Source of the DNA: an uncultured Rhodospirillales bacterium
GTDB taxonomy: Bacteria; Pseudomonadota; Alphaproteobacteria; BOG-932; Roseiterribacteraceae
Direction of reading: 5' to 3'
DNA length: 64,000 bases
Assembly: GCA_964631425.1 (NCBI GenBank)
Contig: CAZVYC010000001.1
Span: 14,376 to 78,375 of the forward strand
Part shown: positions 47,749-57,636 of the stretch, in pieces
Layout of the letters: each line of letters starts with the position of its first letter
Position numbering within the stretch: position 1 is the first letter of the stretch
Notes under the pieces: generated by a model
Seen by the model: the letters and a program-made list of their open reading frames with translations, nothing else
The model's database searches: none
Told to the model about the DNA's origin: nothing
Translations under genes and position numbers: made by a program

Positions 47749-48507
47749 TTACCGGTCCCAGAACGCCACGCGCCGATGAACCAGCCGGATGGCGGCGCTG
47801 GCCAGCACACCCATCACCGACAGCACGATGACGCAGGCGAACATCAGGGCGACGTTGAAGTCGACGCCCGATGCGGCGATGACGTGGCCTAAGCCCTGGC
47901 GGGAGGCCACCAGTTCCGACACGACGACGCCGAGGAGCGCCAGCACGATGCTGATCTCCAGGCCGGCGAAGATCGGGCCCAGGGCCGAGGGCAGCTTGAC
48001 CCGGAAAAAAATCTGGCCGCGGTTGGCACCGAAGACGCGGTAAAGGTTGATGAGATCGGGGCTGCAGCCCTTGAAACCAACGAGCGCGTTGAGGAAGCAC
48101 GGGAAGAAGCAGATCAGCGCCACCATGACGACCTTGGATTCGAGCTCGAAGCCGAACCACACCACCAGGACCGGGGCGAGTGCCACCTTCGGCACCGCCT
48201 GGAAGGCGACGATCAGCGGATAGGTCGCCAGCTCCAGCCACCGGAACTCGCTGATCAGCGCGGCAAAAACGAGGGCGCTGACGCAGCCGGCCGCGTACCC
48301 CAGAAGCAGCGCTACCGTCGTCGCCCAGATGTGCGGCCACAGCGCTCCGCCGATAAGGCCGGCGTTCAACGACTGCACCACCGCGCGCGGGCTCGGGATC
48401 AGGTAGGAGGGAATGTCCAGGGTGGCGATCGCGGCTTCCCAGGCAAGGATCAGGAGGATCGTCGTCACAGCCGGCAACGCGAATTTGAGCCAGCGGGCGG
48501 CACTCAT
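47749..48507 (-). CDS. NitT/TauT-type ABC permease
   Basis: P.Y..PSP, Q.VPKVALAP...VWFG, FFP, LP.AL..IF.GL, GLG. Confidence 0.92.
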   Translation of the reverse strand: MSAARWLKFALPAVTTILLILAWEAAIATLDIPSYLIPSPRAVVQSLNAGLIGGALWPHIWATTVALLLGYAAGCVSALVFAALISEFRWLELATYPLIVAFQAVPKVALAPVLVVWFGFELESKVVMVALICFFPCFLNALVGFKGCSPDLINLYRVFGANRGQIFFRVKLPSALGPIFAGLEISIVLALLGVVVSELVASRQGLGHVIAASGVDFNVALMFACVIVLSVMGVLASAAIRLVHRRVAFWDR

Positions 48508-49289
48508 GCAGCGCAGCTCACGGGCTGGGTCAGCAGATGGCGCAGCCTGGCGCACGCCTCGACGAAATCGGGCAGCGCCGTCGTCTCGAGCGTGCGCGGG
48601 CGTGGCAGTCCGGGCTCATCGATATGCAGCACGCGGCCAGGCCGAGGCGACAGCACGGCAATCCGGTCCCCCATCAGGACGGCTTCGGGGATAGAATGGG
48701 TGATGAGCACGACGGTTTGCGTCCGGCCGCGCCACAGCGCCTGCAGGTCGATGACGATCTGCTCGCGGGTCAACGCGTCGAGCGCGGCGAAGGGCTCGTC
48801 CATCAGGAGCAATTTAGGCTCATGGATCAGTGCCCGGGCGACGCCCACCCGCTGCTGCATGCCGCCGGAGAGTTCATGTGGGTAGTGCAGGGCGAAATCA
48901 GAGAGGCCGGTCAGGGCCAGAAGCTCGTCTGCTTTTTTCCGGTACGCTGGCGAGAAGATGCCGAGGATGCGCACGGGCGTCAGCACGTTCTCCAGGACGG
49001 TCTTCCAGGGCAGCAAGGTCGGTTGCTGGAACACGATGCCGACGTCGCGGCGCGGGTTGCAGATTTCCTGGCCGTCGAGAGAGGCGCTGCCCGCGCTCGG
49101 CGGCATCAGGCCCGACAGGATCTTGAGCAGCGTGGACTTCCCGCAGCCGGACGGGCCCAGCACGGAGAGGAACTCGCCCGACCCGATCTCCAAGCTGAGC
49201 GGCCCCAGGGCCCTCAGCCAGCCCTGGCTGGTGGCATAGTCGACCGCGATGTCGCGGAGGCTGAGGCCGCTATGGGTTTCCCCGCTCAT
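48504..49289 (-). CDS. NitT/TauT-type ABC ATPase
   Basis: GPSGCGKST, LSGGMQQR, LLMDEPF.ALD..TR. Confidence 0.95.
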   Translation of the reverse strand: MSGETHSGLSLRDIAVDYATSQGWLRALGPLSLEIGSGEFLSVLGPSGCGKSTLLKILSGLMPPSAGSASLDGQEICNPRRDVGIVFQQPTLLPWKTVLENVLTPVRILGIFSPAYRKKADELLALTGLSDFALHYPHELSGGMQQRVGVARALIHEPKLLLMDEPFAALDALTREQIVIDLQALWRGRTQTVVLITHSIPEAVLMGDRIAVLSPRPGRVLHIDEPGLPRPRTLETTALPDFVEACARLRHLLTQPVSCAA

Positions 49290-50362
49290 TTGGGTGCGCC
49301 GTAGGCTTTCGCCTTAGCGATCACGTCGGCGATGTCGAACCGGTTGTATTCGGGCACGAACCGATTGGTATAGAGCGTATCCAGCTTCACGTTCGGGTCG
49401 GCGATCTGCCCACCCTCGGCCAGGTACTCGGCCGTGCGTGTCCAGTCCGCGTCGGAGAAGGCGCCGAGCCTGGTCGGACCTGTCTGAGGTATCTCCATGT
49501 TGTCGAGCCGGACTTTCAGCACCTTGACCGCGCGCGTCATCGCCTCGTCATCGAGAACGGCCGGCTTCTGGTCAGGTTCGTGCTTCCAATAGGCAGCAAG
49601 ACAACCCTCCAGGTTGGCCTGGCAGGCGACGGAGCCCTTGGCAAAGGCGCGGCCGAAGCGCGCGATCAGGTCGGGATGTTCGGCGATCATCTTGGTGGTC
49701 ACGGGGAAGCCATAGCTCGACAGGTGCTGGAACTCGGCAGGCAGCGGCAGCCGACGGATCGCCAGCCCCTGCAGCTCCATGCCTGCGTTCAGCACGTCGA
49801 ACAGGTTGAGCGCATCGACCTTGCCCCGCTTCAGCGCATCGAGCGCCGGCACGCCCATGCCCACCTGGATGAACTGGACGGAATTCGGGTCGACCCCCTC
49901 GTGCTTCAGGATTGCCTTGGTCATCGGCACCTCACCGCCCGACAACAGGCCGACGCCGACGGTCTTGCCCGCCAAGTCCTTGACCGATCCGATCTTGCTG
50001 TCCTTCAGCACTGTCAGCTCCCAGATCGATTTCGGCACCACGTCGTAGACATAGCGCAGGTCGAAATTGGGGTTGCCCGGCTGCCGCGCGACGATCAGCG
50101 GGTTCAGCGTGATGAAGGCGGTGAACACGGTACCGTTCATCAGTTGCGGAATAATCGTGCTGGCGCCCTGCAGCAGCACGGTGTCGACCTCGATGTTCTC
50201 GTCCTGGAAAAACCCGAGCTCCTGGGCGAATGCGATCGGGCCGTAGCCGGAGCTCATCACGCCCGGCCAGGCGAAGGTTACTTTGTCGGCGGCGTGCGCG
50301 GCGGTGGCGAAGGCGGAGAGGGCGAATGCCGCGGCGAAGCGGCGGAGACGTGGAATCGGCAC
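49286..50362 (-). CDS. NMT1/TauA-like ABC substrate-binding protein
   Basis: Signal peptide AHA-AD, A.E.GFF..E.IEV, S.I....DL.GK.VG. Confidence 0.88.
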   Translation of the reverse strand: MPIPRLRRFAAAFALSAFATAAHAADKVTFAWPGVMSSGYGPIAFAQELGFFQDENIEVDTVLLQGASTIIPQLMNGTVFTAFITLNPLIVARQPGNPNFDLRYVYDVVPKSIWELTVLKDSKIGSVKDLAGKTVGVGLLSGGEVPMTKAILKHEGVDPNSVQFIQVGMGVPALDALKRGKVDALNLFDVLNAGMELQGLAIRRLPLPAEFQHLSSYGFPVTTKMIAEHPDLIARFGRAFAKGSVACQANLEGCLAAYWKHEPDQKPAVLDDEAMTRAVKVLKVRLDNMEIPQTGPTRLGAFSDADWTRTAEYLAEGGQIADPNVKLDTLYTNRFVPEYNRFDIADVIAKAKAYGAPK

Positions 50363-50501
50363 AGATGCTCCTGTCCCATCGGGTGAACGGCTGAGACCTT
50401 GGGTCCCATATAGCGTCGCGATTACTGGGCTGTATATACATGATCGCGAGGCCGAACCGGCCGGCACGTAAGGACCTCATGCGGGAAGGAAGTGCACGAT
50501 C

Positions 50502-51515
50502 ATGGATATGACGAGACTGGCTGGTATCTTCCCTTCGCCGCCGGTGGTCTACACCGACAATACCTGCCGCCATGTCGATTTCGAGGCATATCGGGACCAC
50601 ATAAGCTGGCTCTGCTCGCACGACATCGCGGGGCTGTGCATCGGTGGTCACGCCGGCGAGACCGAGGCGCTGACCATGGAGGAGCGGCTGGGTGTCATCC
50701 GCGTGGCGCTGGAGGAGGCGAAAGGCCGCATCCCTGTATTCGGCGGCGTGATCGCCGATTCGACCCACGAGGCGATCCGGCAGCTGAAGCTGCAAAAGGA
50801 CCATGGCGCGGACGCGGTGCTGATATGCCCGCCGACGATCATCGGTTGGGACGCGGCCACCGCCGACCCGATGATGATCGCACATTTCCGCACCATCGAC
50901 CGGGAGGGCGGACTGCCGTTCCTGATCTATGGCGGTCCGGGCGACGGCAGCTCCTACCGCACGCTGCCGGCGACGATGACGAAGATTGCAACCGCGTGCG
51001 AGAACCTGGTGGCGTGGAAGCTGGCGGTGCGTGGCGTCGCCACCGGCGAGAATTCCTTTGCTCATTGCATTGCCGCGCTCAACGAGGCGAATGCCGTGAC
51101 CGGCCGCTCCGTGGCGGGACTGATCGCCGGCGACGCCGCCCTGCTGGGGGCGCTCGAGGCCGGCGGCAAAGGCGACGTGAACGCGTGCGAAAGCGTGCGG
51201 GTCGACGACAACACCGCGCTCTACAAGGCCTGGATGGCGGGCGACCGGGCGAGGGCGCAGGCAATCCAGGATCGCGGGCGGCCGCTGTCGGACATCATCT
51301 ACGGCATCCGCATCGGGCGCAGCTTCACCTATTTCCATTACCGGTTCAAAATCGCTTCATGGATGCTAGGGCATATCGCGAACCCCATGATGCGCCTGCC
51401 CCAGGTGCCGCCGCCCGCGGAGGAAATCGACATGATCTACGACGCGCTGATCGCGATCGGGAAGTTGCCGGTACACACGCCGGACGAGTTCAAGCCCTCG
51501 CCGGATGTGATCTGA
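50502..51515 (+). CDS. Dihydrodipicolinate synthase/N-acetylneuraminate lyase family aldolase (divergent)
   Basis: GGHAGE...LT.EER, GADA.L..PP, LIY, N.VAWK (Schiff-base Lys position). Confidence 0.85.
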   Translation: MDMTRLAGIFPSPPVVYTDNTCRHVDFEAYRDHISWLCSHDIAGLCIGGHAGETEALTMEERLGVIRVALEEAKGRIPVFGGVIADSTHEAIRQLKLQKDHGADAVLICPPTIIGWDAATADPMMIAHFRTIDREGGLPFLIYGGPGDGSSYRTLPATMTKIATACENLVAWKLAVRGVATGENSFAHCIAALNEANAVTGRSVAGLIAGDAALLGALEAGGKGDVNACESVRVDDNTALYKAWMAGDRARAQAIQDRGRPLSDIIYGIRIGRSFTYFHYRFKIASWMLGHIANPMMRLPQVPPPAEEIDMIYDALIAIGKLPVHTPDEFKPSPDVI

Positions 51516-51534
51516 GCCCGGCCGAGCGAGCGCC

Positions 51535-51993
51535 GTGACGGAGAGGCAAGCACCGATGACGCTGGCGCTCATCGAAGCCGCGGCGGCAGGCCGGCGCGGC
51601 GAGGTGCCGGTCGGCGCGGTGATTGTGGAAGCCACAACCGGACGAGTGCTGGCCCAAGCCGGCAACCGCACCGAGGCCGACGCCGATCCCACCGCCCATG
51701 CCGAGTTGCTGGCGATCCGTGCCGCCGCGGTTCTCAGAGGCGAGCCGCGGCTGCCTGATTGCGATCTCTATGTGACCTTGGAGCCCTGCGCGATGTGCGC
51801 CGCCGCGATCTCCTTCGCCCGCATCCGCCGGGTCTATTTCGGCGCGTACGACCCCAAGGGCGGGGCGGTCGAGCACGGGCCGCGGTGGTTCAGCCAGCCC
51901 ACCTGCCATCACAGGCCCGACGTCTACGGCGGGATCGACGAGGGCAGGGCGGCGGCCCTGCTCAGGGATTTCTTCGCGGAACGGCGCGACTGA
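51535..51993 (+). CDS. tadA: tRNA adenosine deaminase TadA
   Basis: GEVPVGAV, DPTAHAE, LYVTLEPC.MC, GA.DPK.G, LL..FF. Confidence 0.9.
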   Translation: MTERQAPMTLALIEAAAAGRRGEVPVGAVIVEATTGRVLAQAGNRTEADADPTAHAELLAIRAAAVLRGEPRLPDCDLYVTLEPCAMCAAAISFARIRRVYFGAYDPKGGAVEHGPRWFSQPTCHHRPDVYGGIDEGRAAALLRDFFAERRD

Positions 51994-52001
51994 GGCGCGG
52001 C

Positions 52002-52496
52002 TCACGCCGCTTCGGCTTCGCCCCAGACTTCGCGGGCCTTTTCGTAGACGCCCTGGTCGAAGGAATACTCGACCGTGTTGCCGTCCGGGTCCTTCAGGAA
52101 GCAGATATAACCGATATGCTCCGGCATCTGCATGGGTCCGAAGGCGAGGCAGCCGGCCTCCTTGCCCTTAGCCGCGATCTCGTCGACCATCTCTTTGCTC
52201 GGCAGCTCGATGCCGATATGCGCGAACGGGCCCAAGGGCGGGTGCGCGGCCGGCGCGAACGGGTCATGGCCCTCGAAGAACTGGCCGGCGACCAGCACGA
52301 AAGGGTTTTCGGCGTCGGACTTGTCGCCGATCCAGGCATTTCGCCCGACCTCGTCCTGGTGTCGCGCCAGCACGGAGAAATGCGTGAACTTCTCGTACCA
52401 GGCGACCGTCGCATCGACGTCCTTCACACGGAGCGCGATATGGGTCCAGGTCGGCCGCTTGGGCCGGAATGCGTGTTTGATCTCGTTTGCCGTCAT
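52002..52496 (-). CDS. VOC/glyoxalase family protein
   Basis: THIAL.V.D......WY, AHIGIE, DPDGN.VE. Confidence 0.88.
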   Translation of the reverse strand: MTANEIKHAFRPKRPTWTHIALRVKDVDATVAWYEKFTHFSVLARHQDEVGRNAWIGDKSDAENPFVLVAGQFFEGHDPFAPAAHPPLGPFAHIGIELPSKEMVDEIAAKGKEAGCLAFGPMQMPEHIGYICFLKDPDGNTVEYSFDQGVYEKAREVWGEAEAA

Positions 52497-52630
52497 CTCG
52501 TCCTCCCTCTCGGCCGCTCAACTTCCCGAGAGAATTTTGGAGGGCGACATTAGCACCGGGCGCGAGCCGCCAACTTGATCATAGGCGCACGATTTCGTTA
52601 CCGGAAAGCCCAATCCGGCCGATGTCAGGA

Positions 52631-54052
52631 TCAGAGAACCGGCCAATAGGTCCGGTTGGGCAGGCCCGTCCGGGCAATGACCGCAATGCCGGCCTGTCGC
52701 CCGTCCGCCAGCACTTTCTCCTGGTCGATTAGCGTCGTCCTGCCGTCCTCGACGACCTTCACGCCGTCGATCCAGACGCTGTGGACGCCGCTGGGCGGCG
52801 CGCTCATCGCGAGCTGGTCGACGCAGTCGAAGATCGGTCCCCATTCGGGGAGGTCGGTGTCGTGCAGGACGAAGTCCGCCTTTTTGCCGACCTCCAGCGA
52901 GCCGATCCGGTCCGACATGCCCATGACGTGCGCACCATTGACGGTCGCCAGCTCCAGGATCGTGGTCGGCGGGAACAGGTCCTGGTCGCAGCGCGCGTCC
53001 CGGAACATGCTCGCCATCAGCCGGGCGGAAGAGAGGATGTCGGCAGCTACACCGTCGGTTCCCAGCATCACGTTGATGCCTTCGGCGATCATTTCGGGAA
53101 AGAAGCCGCTTTGCGACAGGCCGAAGCCGCCCTGGAAGGCGGCGTGCGGGCAGTGAATGGCGTGGGTCCCAGTTTCCTTCAGGGTATCGAACTCGCTCCG
53201 GTCGATTGCGGCCAGGTGTGTCAACGCCACGTTGGGGCCGAGGACGCCGATATCGGCCAGATGCTCGACTGGACGGCGATTATATTTCGCCAGGAACCAG
53301 GCAGGATCGCCCGCGCGCGGGCTCATATGGGCCGACACGCGCAGGCTGTGCTGGTCGGCAAGCGCCTTGGCGGCGCGCCAGACATCGTCGGAATTGGTGG
53401 AATGGCCGACCAGCACCGGCCAGGCCGCGAGCCTCGGATCGTTCCGGTCGGGATAACGGGCGATCTCCGACTCCAGCTGGGCGATGGCGGCGGCGGACAC
53501 CTTGGCCTGGTCCTCCGACGGGTGGAAGGCGCGTCCCTCGACCCATTCGCCGACGCGTCCACGGATGCCGGTCTCCGCCAGCCCGTCCATAACGGCATCG
53601 AGCTGCCGAACCGTGCCGGCTTCGAGGAAGCAGGTGGTGCCATAGCGCATCATGGCGATAGCCGCGCATTGCGCCGAGATCCGTTCTTCCTCGGCCGTCT
53701 GGGCATGGAAGATCGGGATCACCCAGCGCGACAGCTTTTGCGACCAGGAGTCTTCAGGGGCGCCGCGCCGAAAGCCGCGGGTCAGAGGGTCGCCGGTAAT
53801 GTGGATATGGCCGTCGATGAACCCCGGCGTCACGACGAAGCGCCGGCCGTCCAGCCTCTCTTTGGCCGCCACGGTACGCGCCAGCGCTTCTCGCTTTCCG
53901 ACCGCGATGATTCGGTCTCCCCGAACGGCCAGCGCGCCGTCCGATACGACATGCCGCTCTTCATTCATCGTGACAAGGGTGGCGCCGGAGATCAGCAGGT
54001 CGGCTTCAACGGGTTGGTCGTTCACGAAGGGCGTCCTTTGCATGGCGAGCAT
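52631..54052 (-). CDS. Amidohydrolase family (MTA/SAH deaminase/AtzA-like)
   Basis: PGFIDGHIH, GTT.F.E, H, H, LGTD, AT.NGA...G...IGSLE.GKKAD. Confidence 0.9.
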   Translation of the reverse strand: MLAMQRTPFVNDQPVEADLLISGATLVTMNEERHVVSDGALAVRGDRIIAVGKREALARTVAAKERLDGRRFVVTPGFIDGHIHITGDPLTRGFRRGAPEDSWSQKLSRWVIPIFHAQTAEEERISAQCAAIAMMRYGTTCFLEAGTVRQLDAVMDGLAETGIRGRVGEWVEGRAFHPSEDQAKVSAAAIAQLESEIARYPDRNDPRLAAWPVLVGHSTNSDDVWRAAKALADQHSLRVSAHMSPRAGDPAWFLAKYNRRPVEHLADIGVLGPNVALTHLAAIDRSEFDTLKETGTHAIHCPHAAFQGGFGLSQSGFFPEMIAEGINVMLGTDGVAADILSSARLMASMFRDARCDQDLFPPTTILELATVNGAHVMGMSDRIGSLEVGKKADFVLHDTDLPEWGPIFDCVDQLAMSAPPSGVHSVWIDGVKVVEDGRTTLIDQEKVLADGRQAGIAVIARTGLPNRTYWPVL

Positions 54053-54214
54053 GGAGGTGACGAAGCCCGGGCCGCAGCAATTGGAGCCGGCCGGCCGCTT
54101 CGCCCGGAGTTGTGGTGGCCGAAGCCGTAGCCCATGCTTCCATCACCGCGCCGGCGGGTAAATGGATGCGGGCGCACGCGTGAATGACAATTTGGACAAT
54201 CTCGCGAACTGCGC

Positions 54215-54250
54215 AAAACAAAACCGCCCGGCTTTGCGGCCGGGCGGTTT
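54215..54250 (-). terminator. Intrinsic terminator of the BI-1/YccA gene
   Basis: aaaccgcccggc-tttgcg-gccgggcggttt with an adjacent A-run (U-tail on minus strand). Confidence 0.85.
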
Positions 54251-54271
54251 GTACCTGTTGAGCTTCGGCCC

Positions 54272-54994
54272 TTACCTGCGGTTGCCGCTGCCCATGAGGC
54301 GCAGCATGAACAGGAACAGGTTGATGAAGTCGAGATAGAGATTGACCGCGCCCATCAGCGCCATTTTGCCGTTCGCGACCGCACCCCAGGATTCGGAGTA
54401 CATCTCCTTGATCTTTTGGGTGTCGTATGCCGTCAGGGCCACGAAGGCGAGGACGCCGATCACCGACACTGCGAAGGTCAGGCCAGCTGAATGAACGAAC
54501 AGGTTCACCAGCATGGCAATGATGATGCCGAACACTGCCATGATGCCGAACGAGCCCCAGCGCGTCAGATCGGCGCGCGTGGTGTAGCCGTACAGGCTCA
54601 TGGCGAGGAAGGTCGCCGCACTGATGAAGAAGGTCTGTGCAATGCTGGCCCCTGTGTAGACCGCGAAGATGTAGGACAGCGATAGTCCCATGGTCGCGCT
54701 GAAGCCATAGAAGACCGCGGTCAGCGTGCCGAGCGACATGCGCTGCACGCCCATCGACATCGCGAAGACGAAGCCCAGGGGCGCCAGCATCACCAGGATG
54801 CGCAGCGGCGATCCATAGATCGCGCGCAGCATGGCGACGTCGTGGCCGACCAGATAGGCGATGATCCCCGTCACGACCAATCCGGCCGTCATGTGGTTAT
54901 AGACCCGCACCATATGCTGGCGGAGCCCGGCGTCGAAGGCCGCGCCGACTGCCGGCCTGGCTGTCCGATAGCCGCTGTTGAAGTCGTAAGACAT
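54272..54994 (-). CDS. Bax inhibitor-1/YccA family membrane protein
   Basis: D.GLR..M..VYN.M, SLYGYTT..DL, LTAYDTQKIK, LYLDFINLF. Confidence 0.93.
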   Translation of the reverse strand: MSYDFNSGYRTARPAVGAAFDAGLRQHMVRVYNHMTAGLVVTGIIAYLVGHDVAMLRAIYGSPLRILVMLAPLGFVFAMSMGVQRMSLGTLTAVFYGFSATMGLSLSYIFAVYTGASIAQTFFISAATFLAMSLYGYTTRADLTRWGSFGIMAVFGIIIAMLVNLFVHSAGLTFAVSVIGVLAFVALTAYDTQKIKEMYSESWGAVANGKMALMGAVNLYLDFINLFLFMLRLMGSGNRR

Positions 54995-55092
54995 GTAAGG
55001 GTTTCTCCCAGAAAGAACCCGCGTTGGTACCGCGCTACTATATTGTGCGTCGGCCTCGGGATTTGAATACTACGCCCGTGCGCGGCCGGACG

Positions 55093-57636
55093 CTACTCAT
55101 TCCGCAGCAGCGGCGCCGCGCGCTGCCCAAGGGCCCGCCACGTGCCGACGAGGCCAAAGGCGAGCGTAATGATTGCCGCAATCACGGCGACGCCCAGCGC
55201 AGCCCCTACGCCAAAGCGCCAATGCAGCTCCATCACCGGCACGACGACCGCCCAGGCGGCCGCCGAGCCCAGCACAATGGCGATCAACGCGGCCATCAGG
55301 CCCAAGAGGCCGTGCTCGATCAGGAACGCACGCATGATTGTGCCGCGCGTCGCTCCAAGCACTTTCAGCACGACCGCGTCATAGATGCGCCGCCGTTCTC
55401 CCGCCGCGATGGCGCCGGCCAGCACGAGCGTGCCCGCGGCGAGCGCGACCGCGGCGGTCAGGCGCACCGCCGTGCCGATCTCTCCGATCAGCGAGTCGAC
55501 CGTGGTGAGCGCGTCGCGCACGTTGATCATGGTGACGCCGGGATAGTTCAGGTTGACCACGCGCTCGATGCCCGGCTCGGCGCTGCGCGGGGCATAGGCG
55601 GTGGCGATCTCGGTCTGCGGCGCGCCCTCCAGGAACCCCGGGGCGAAGACCAGCGAGAAATTGATGCCGAGTCCGCCCCAGTCGATTTCGCGGATATTGG
55701 CGACCTTGGCCTTCATCTCGCGCCCGACGATGTTGAAGGTCAGTTCGTCGCCCACCTTGAGGCCCAGCGCCAGCGCCACTTCGCGTGCGATCGAGACTTC
55801 CGGCGGGCCGTGATAGTCGGCCGGCCACCAGGTGCCGGCGATCAGGTGCGACCGGGGCGGCTGCGTGGCCGAATAGGTCATGCCGCGATCGCCGCCCAGC
55901 ACCCAAGCGTAGCGCTTGTCGACAACCGCCCTTTCGGCAGGGACGCCGTTCGCCGCGACGATTCGCCCGCGCAGCGACGGCACGCTTTCCACCTTGGTCA
56001 CGCCGGGCACGGCGGCAACCGCCTTGTCGAAAGCGTCGCGGTCGGCGTGCTGGATGTCGAGGAAGAAGAAGGCAGGTGCCTCGGCCGGAATGGTGCGTTC
56101 GACCTCGCCGCGGAAATCGCCCTCGACCTGCGCGATCGCGACCAGGATGGTGAGGCCGAGCCCCAGCGACAGCAGCACGCTGACCGTGGCTGCGCCGGGC
56201 CGCGTCAGGTTGGCGAGCGCCAGCCTCAATGTCGGCCGATGGCGCACCCACGCGCTCTGCCCGACCCGTTTCGCAAGCAAGGCGAGACCGCGCGCCGCCA
56301 GCGCCAGCACGGCGAACGCTGCAATCGCCCCCCCGGCGAACCCTGCGGAAAAGACAAGCTGGGTCGAGGTCGCCAGGATGAGCGCGACCAGCACGACCAG
56401 CGTCGTCACTGTCGCAACGATCATGAACCGGTCCGGCCGTCCGCCGGCCGGCTGCACCAGGTCGCGGAACAGCGAGCCGGCCGCCACCGCGCGAGCCCGG
56501 CCGATCGGCCAAAGCGAGAAGCCAAGCGCAATCAGGAAGCCGTAGGAAGCGGCCAACCCCAGCCCAAGCGGATGGACCGTGATGTCCACCGGCACCGGGA
56601 AATCCGCGGCGATCACGCCACGGAATGCCCACGGAACGATAGCGCCGACGACGAGGCCGATCAGGATACCGACCGCCGAGAGCGCCATGACCTGGATCAG
56701 GTAGGTCCAGGCGATCGTCCGCCCGGAGGCGCCCAGGCATTTCATCGTCGCGATCACGCCGATCCGGGCGTCGAGATAGGATTTGACGGCGTTACCCACC
56801 CCAACCCCGCCGACCAGCAGCGCCGTCAGGCCGACCAAGGTCAGGAAGGTGCCCAGCCGGGTCACGAAGCTGCGGACCTCGGGCGCCGCGTCGCGCGTGT
56901 CGCGGATATGCCAGCCGGCGTCGCCGTAGCGCTGATGCAGGTCGCGCTCGACCGCAGCCACCGATTGCCCGGGATTTAGCAGGATGCGATAGTCGTAATA
57001 GATCAGGCTTCCGGGCTGCATAAGCCCGGTGTCGGGCAGCGAGTCGAGCGATACCAGGAAGCGCGGGCCGAGCGTGAATCCACCGGTGCCGACCCGGTCT
57101 GGTTCCTTGGCAATCACGGCGCGGATTTCGTAGTCGAGCGTGCCGATCCTGAGGTGATCACCAAGACGCGCGCCAACCCGGTCCAGAACGGCCTGCTCGA
57201 CCGCCGCGCCCCACAGGCCGTTCTTGTTTGCGAAAATCGCGGGCAGCGTCAGGCCTTCATTAGGAGGCGCCAGCTGCACCGCGCCGACCATCGGATAGAG
57301 CGGATCGACCGCCTTGAGCTCCACCAGGGTCGAGCGCTCGCCGTCGTCGGTGCGAGCCATGCCGCGCAAATCGACCGATTCCGAGACCGTGCCGAGCGCG
57401 TCGAGATGGGCGCGCTGGTCGGCATCGGCGCCGTGGTAGAGGATGCGGATGGCGATGTCGCCGCCCAGCAAGCTGCGGCTCTGCGCCTCGATACCGCTCA
57501 GCACGTCGCGCGAGAGCGACTGCACGCTGGCGATGGTGCCGACGCCCAGCGCCAGGCAGGCGATAAGGATGCGGAAGCCGCGCGCGCCGGCCCGAAGCTC
57601 GCGCCGCGCCAGCACCAAGGGCAGGAATCGCCTCAT
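55093..57636 (-). CDS. ybbP: YbbP-like ABC permease (FtsX-like duplicated)
   Basis: RELR.G..GF......LALGV, LLGGD, GGVGV.NAV, K.LGA, FF.DIQ, LRNE end. Confidence 0.88.
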   Translation of the reverse strand: MRRFLPLVLARRELRAGARGFRILIACLALGVGTIASVQSLSRDVLSGIEAQSRSLLGGDIAIRILYHGADADQRAHLDALGTVSESVDLRGMARTDDGERSTLVELKAVDPLYPMVGAVQLAPPNEGLTLPAIFANKNGLWGAAVEQAVLDRVGARLGDHLRIGTLDYEIRAVIAKEPDRVGTGGFTLGPRFLVSLDSLPDTGLMQPGSLIYYDYRILLNPGQSVAAVERDLHQRYGDAGWHIRDTRDAAPEVRSFVTRLGTFLTLVGLTALLVGGVGVGNAVKSYLDARIGVIATMKCLGASGRTIAWTYLIQVMALSAVGILIGLVVGAIVPWAFRGVIAADFPVPVDITVHPLGLGLAASYGFLIALGFSLWPIGRARAVAAGSLFRDLVQPAGGRPDRFMIVATVTTLVVLVALILATSTQLVFSAGFAGGAIAAFAVLALAARGLALLAKRVGQSAWVRHRPTLRLALANLTRPGAATVSVLLSLGLGLTILVAIAQVEGDFRGEVERTIPAEAPAFFFLDIQHADRDAFDKAVAAVPGVTKVESVPSLRGRIVAANGVPAERAVVDKRYAWVLGGDRGMTYSATQPPRSHLIAGTWWPADYHGPPEVSIAREVALALGLKVGDELTFNIVGREMKAKVANIREIDWGGLGINFSLVFAPGFLEGAPQTEIATAYAPRSAEPGIERVVNLNYPGVTMINVRDALTTVDSLIGEIGTAVRLTAAVALAAGTLVLAGAIAAGERRRIYDAVVLKVLGATRGTIMRAFLIEHGLLGLMAALIAIVLGSAAAWAVVVPVMELHWRFGVGAALGVAVIAAIITLAFGLVGTWRALGQRAAPLLRNE

